From assembly GCA_035501955.1 (NCBI GenBank), contig DATJVD010000052.1, positions 77,487 to 141,486 of the forward strand: a DNA stretch of 64,000 nt. Reading direction: 5' to 3'. Of this stretch, positions 62,805-64,000 are shown one piece after another. The translations under genes were made by a program, and so were the position numbers. The notes beneath the pieces were generated by a model that worked only from the letters and a program-made list of their open reading frames with translations, was not told the DNA's origin and ran no database searches. The DNA comes from Steroidobacteraceae bacterium (lineage in GTDB: Bacteria; Pseudomonadota; Gammaproteobacteria; Steroidobacterales; Steroidobacteraceae). Each line of letters opens with the position of its first letter. The first letter of the stretch is position 1.

Positions 62805-64000
62805 TCATGCGACCTGCGGCTTGGCGAGGGGCAAGCTAAGAGTGAACACCGCGCCGCCGCCGGGGCGGTTGTCGGCCCGTATCTGCCCGCCGTGGCTTTC
62901 GACGATGGTGCGGGCGATGCAAAGACCCATGCCCATGCCGCTCTCTTTGGTCGTGAAGAACGGCTCGAATATCCGATCGATCGTATCCGTCGGGATACCC
63001 GGACCTGAATCTTCGATGGAGACCTCCGCGAAGCCGTCGTGCAGCGCTGCAGTATGACCCACGACCGAGCGCGCGCCGCTAGTGGTGCTCGCCGCCGCGT
63101 CCAGCGCGTTCATGACCACATTGAGGATGACCTGCTGCAGCTGGATGCGGTCGGCGGCCACGCGCGGGGCTCGCGGCGCGAGCTCCGTGCTCAGTGTCAC
63201 GCGCTGCGCCGCGGCCTGTGCGCCCAAAAGCTTGAACACCTCACTCACGACCGCGTTGAGATCGAGCTCGCGGGGCTCGAAGGGCGCATTCACCAGCAGG
63301 TTGCGCAGGCGCTTGATCACCTCGCTTGCGCGCAGGTCGTCGCGCTTGATATCCCCGAGGATCTCCTTCAGCTCCGTGAACTCCGCAACGGGAGCGAGCA
63401 GCGACTCGGCCGCCTCGGTGTTGCTGAGAATCGCGGTGAGCGGCTGGTAGAGCTCGTGGGTGATCGATGCCGACAGTTCTCCGACCGCGGCCCTACGGTT
63501 CAGGTAGGCGAGCTCGGACAAACGCTTGTGGGAGTTGATTTCCGCGTGCCTGCGGCGCCGACGCTCATACACGAGACCGACGATCAGTGCGCCCTGCATG
63601 AGGATCAGGATGACAACGGACAATATTTGCCAGCGATATTTCTTCCACACCCCCGGCTCGCGAAACTCGATATCGCTGCCCGCCGGCAGAGCCGATTCCT
63701 CGATTCCCCAGCGCTTGAGCTCCCGCCAGTCGAACCTGGGAGTCGCCAAATGTACGGGCGACACCTTGATCTCCGCGGCACGTTCGCCGCTCCGCCCAGT
63801 AGCCCTCCAGGGGCGAGTTGCCGCTCACCACTGCAAGCGTCGTGGTCTGCGGCATCTCCCGCAGAATGCTCTCCACGATCGCGACCTGATCGATCGTCGA
63901 TGCCACCACTGTCTCGTTTGCCGCCAGGCTGAAAGTGGTCAACCGGCGCTCTTCCACGTCGGTCAGCAGCACAGGAGTGGAGGCGAACAGGCGCTGTTGA
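62805..64000 (-). pseudogene. Sensor histidine kinase with an N-terminal periplasmic substrate-binding-like domain. It is apparently disrupted (frame change near 63770-63800), and its 5' end lies beyond the window.
   Basis: Frame B (62805-63764 and upstream to about 63795) reads ...SGERAAEIKVSPVHLATPRFDWRELKRWGIEESALPAGS, then TM WQILSVVILILMQGALIVGLVY, H-box SITHELYQPLTAI and an HATPase domain. Frame A (from about 63800 to the window end, open at 64000) reads QQRLFASTPVLLTDVEERRLTTFSLAANETVVASTIDQVAIVESILREMPQTTTLAVVSGNSPLEGYWAE. The protein-like parts of the two frames abut. Confidence 0.5.

Noticed and set aside
1-64000. CRISPR arrays, tRNA/rRNA genes, IS elements, toxin-antitoxin pairs and classic defence-system genes
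   Set aside because: By eye I found no regularly spaced direct repeats. I also found no cloverleaf-like or rRNA-like conserved stretches, no transposase or integrase motifs, and no small paired ORFs with toxin-antitoxin signatures. Intergenic spacers are all under 175 bp. A covariance-model scan (tRNAscan, Infernal) would be needed to exclude small RNAs formally.

Overview
The window is GC-rich, densely coding bacterial chromosomal DNA, probably proteobacterial. That guess rests on gene content: a TonB-dependent receptor, SorAB, LysR/TetR regulators and Tat signals. I support about 60 protein-coding genes. I found no rRNA, tRNA, CRISPR array, transposase, integrase or other mobile-element hallmark.

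Many long ORFs in the six-frame track are antisense or out-of-frame artefacts of the high GC content, or 5' over-extensions of real genes. I re-derived starts from in-frame ATG/GTG codons, Shine-Dalgarno motifs and stop/start overlaps.

Main blocks:
- (i) 1-1495: an alpha-glucan pair, a GDE-like glucosidase plus a GT4 transferase.
- (ii) about 1.6-22.3 kb: a roughly 20 kb minus-strand array. It starts with a TetR gene and runs through a DAO-type flavoprotein, a TauE exporter, two class-III aminotransferases, a trimethylamine-dehydrogenase-family enzyme, an aldehyde dehydrogenase, an APC permease, a secreted beta-propeller/PHP hydrolase, a TPR-sulfotransferase, a TonB-dependent receptor, a CrtI-like flavoprotein, a BKACE enzyme and a mini membrane protein.
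- (iii) 23-26 kb: a LysR / 2OG-oxygenase / DsbA-like region with mini-ORFs and structured spacers.
- (iv) 26.4-29.3 kb: a divergent pair, a Cys-rich secreted protein and a membrane-anchored degenerate Ser/Thr kinase with a TonB-like Pro-rich linker and C-terminal domain.
- (v) 32.3-36.2 kb: a run of small secreted or membrane proteins (DUF3761-like, PsiF, YidB, an 11-mer-repeat LEA-like protein, two DUF3147-like proteins) behind an orphan LytTR response regulator.
- (vi) 38-52 kb: SorAB sulfite dehydrogenase and assorted housekeeping and fatty-acid genes.
- (vii) 54.3-56.8 kb: a membrane-anchored MutS-domain-V ATPase followed 2 nt downstream by a PhyH dioxygenase.
- (viii) 59-62.7 kb: an ABC-2 / DesK-like / LuxR four-gene module.
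- (ix) window end: an apparently disrupted sensor kinase.

The best candidates for something undescribed are the receptor / sulfotransferase / propeller-PHP / permease core of block (ii), the pseudokinase-TonB chimera of block (iv), and the LytTR plus paired DUF3147 module. All three are hypotheses from sequence and family knowledge, and none is demonstrated here.
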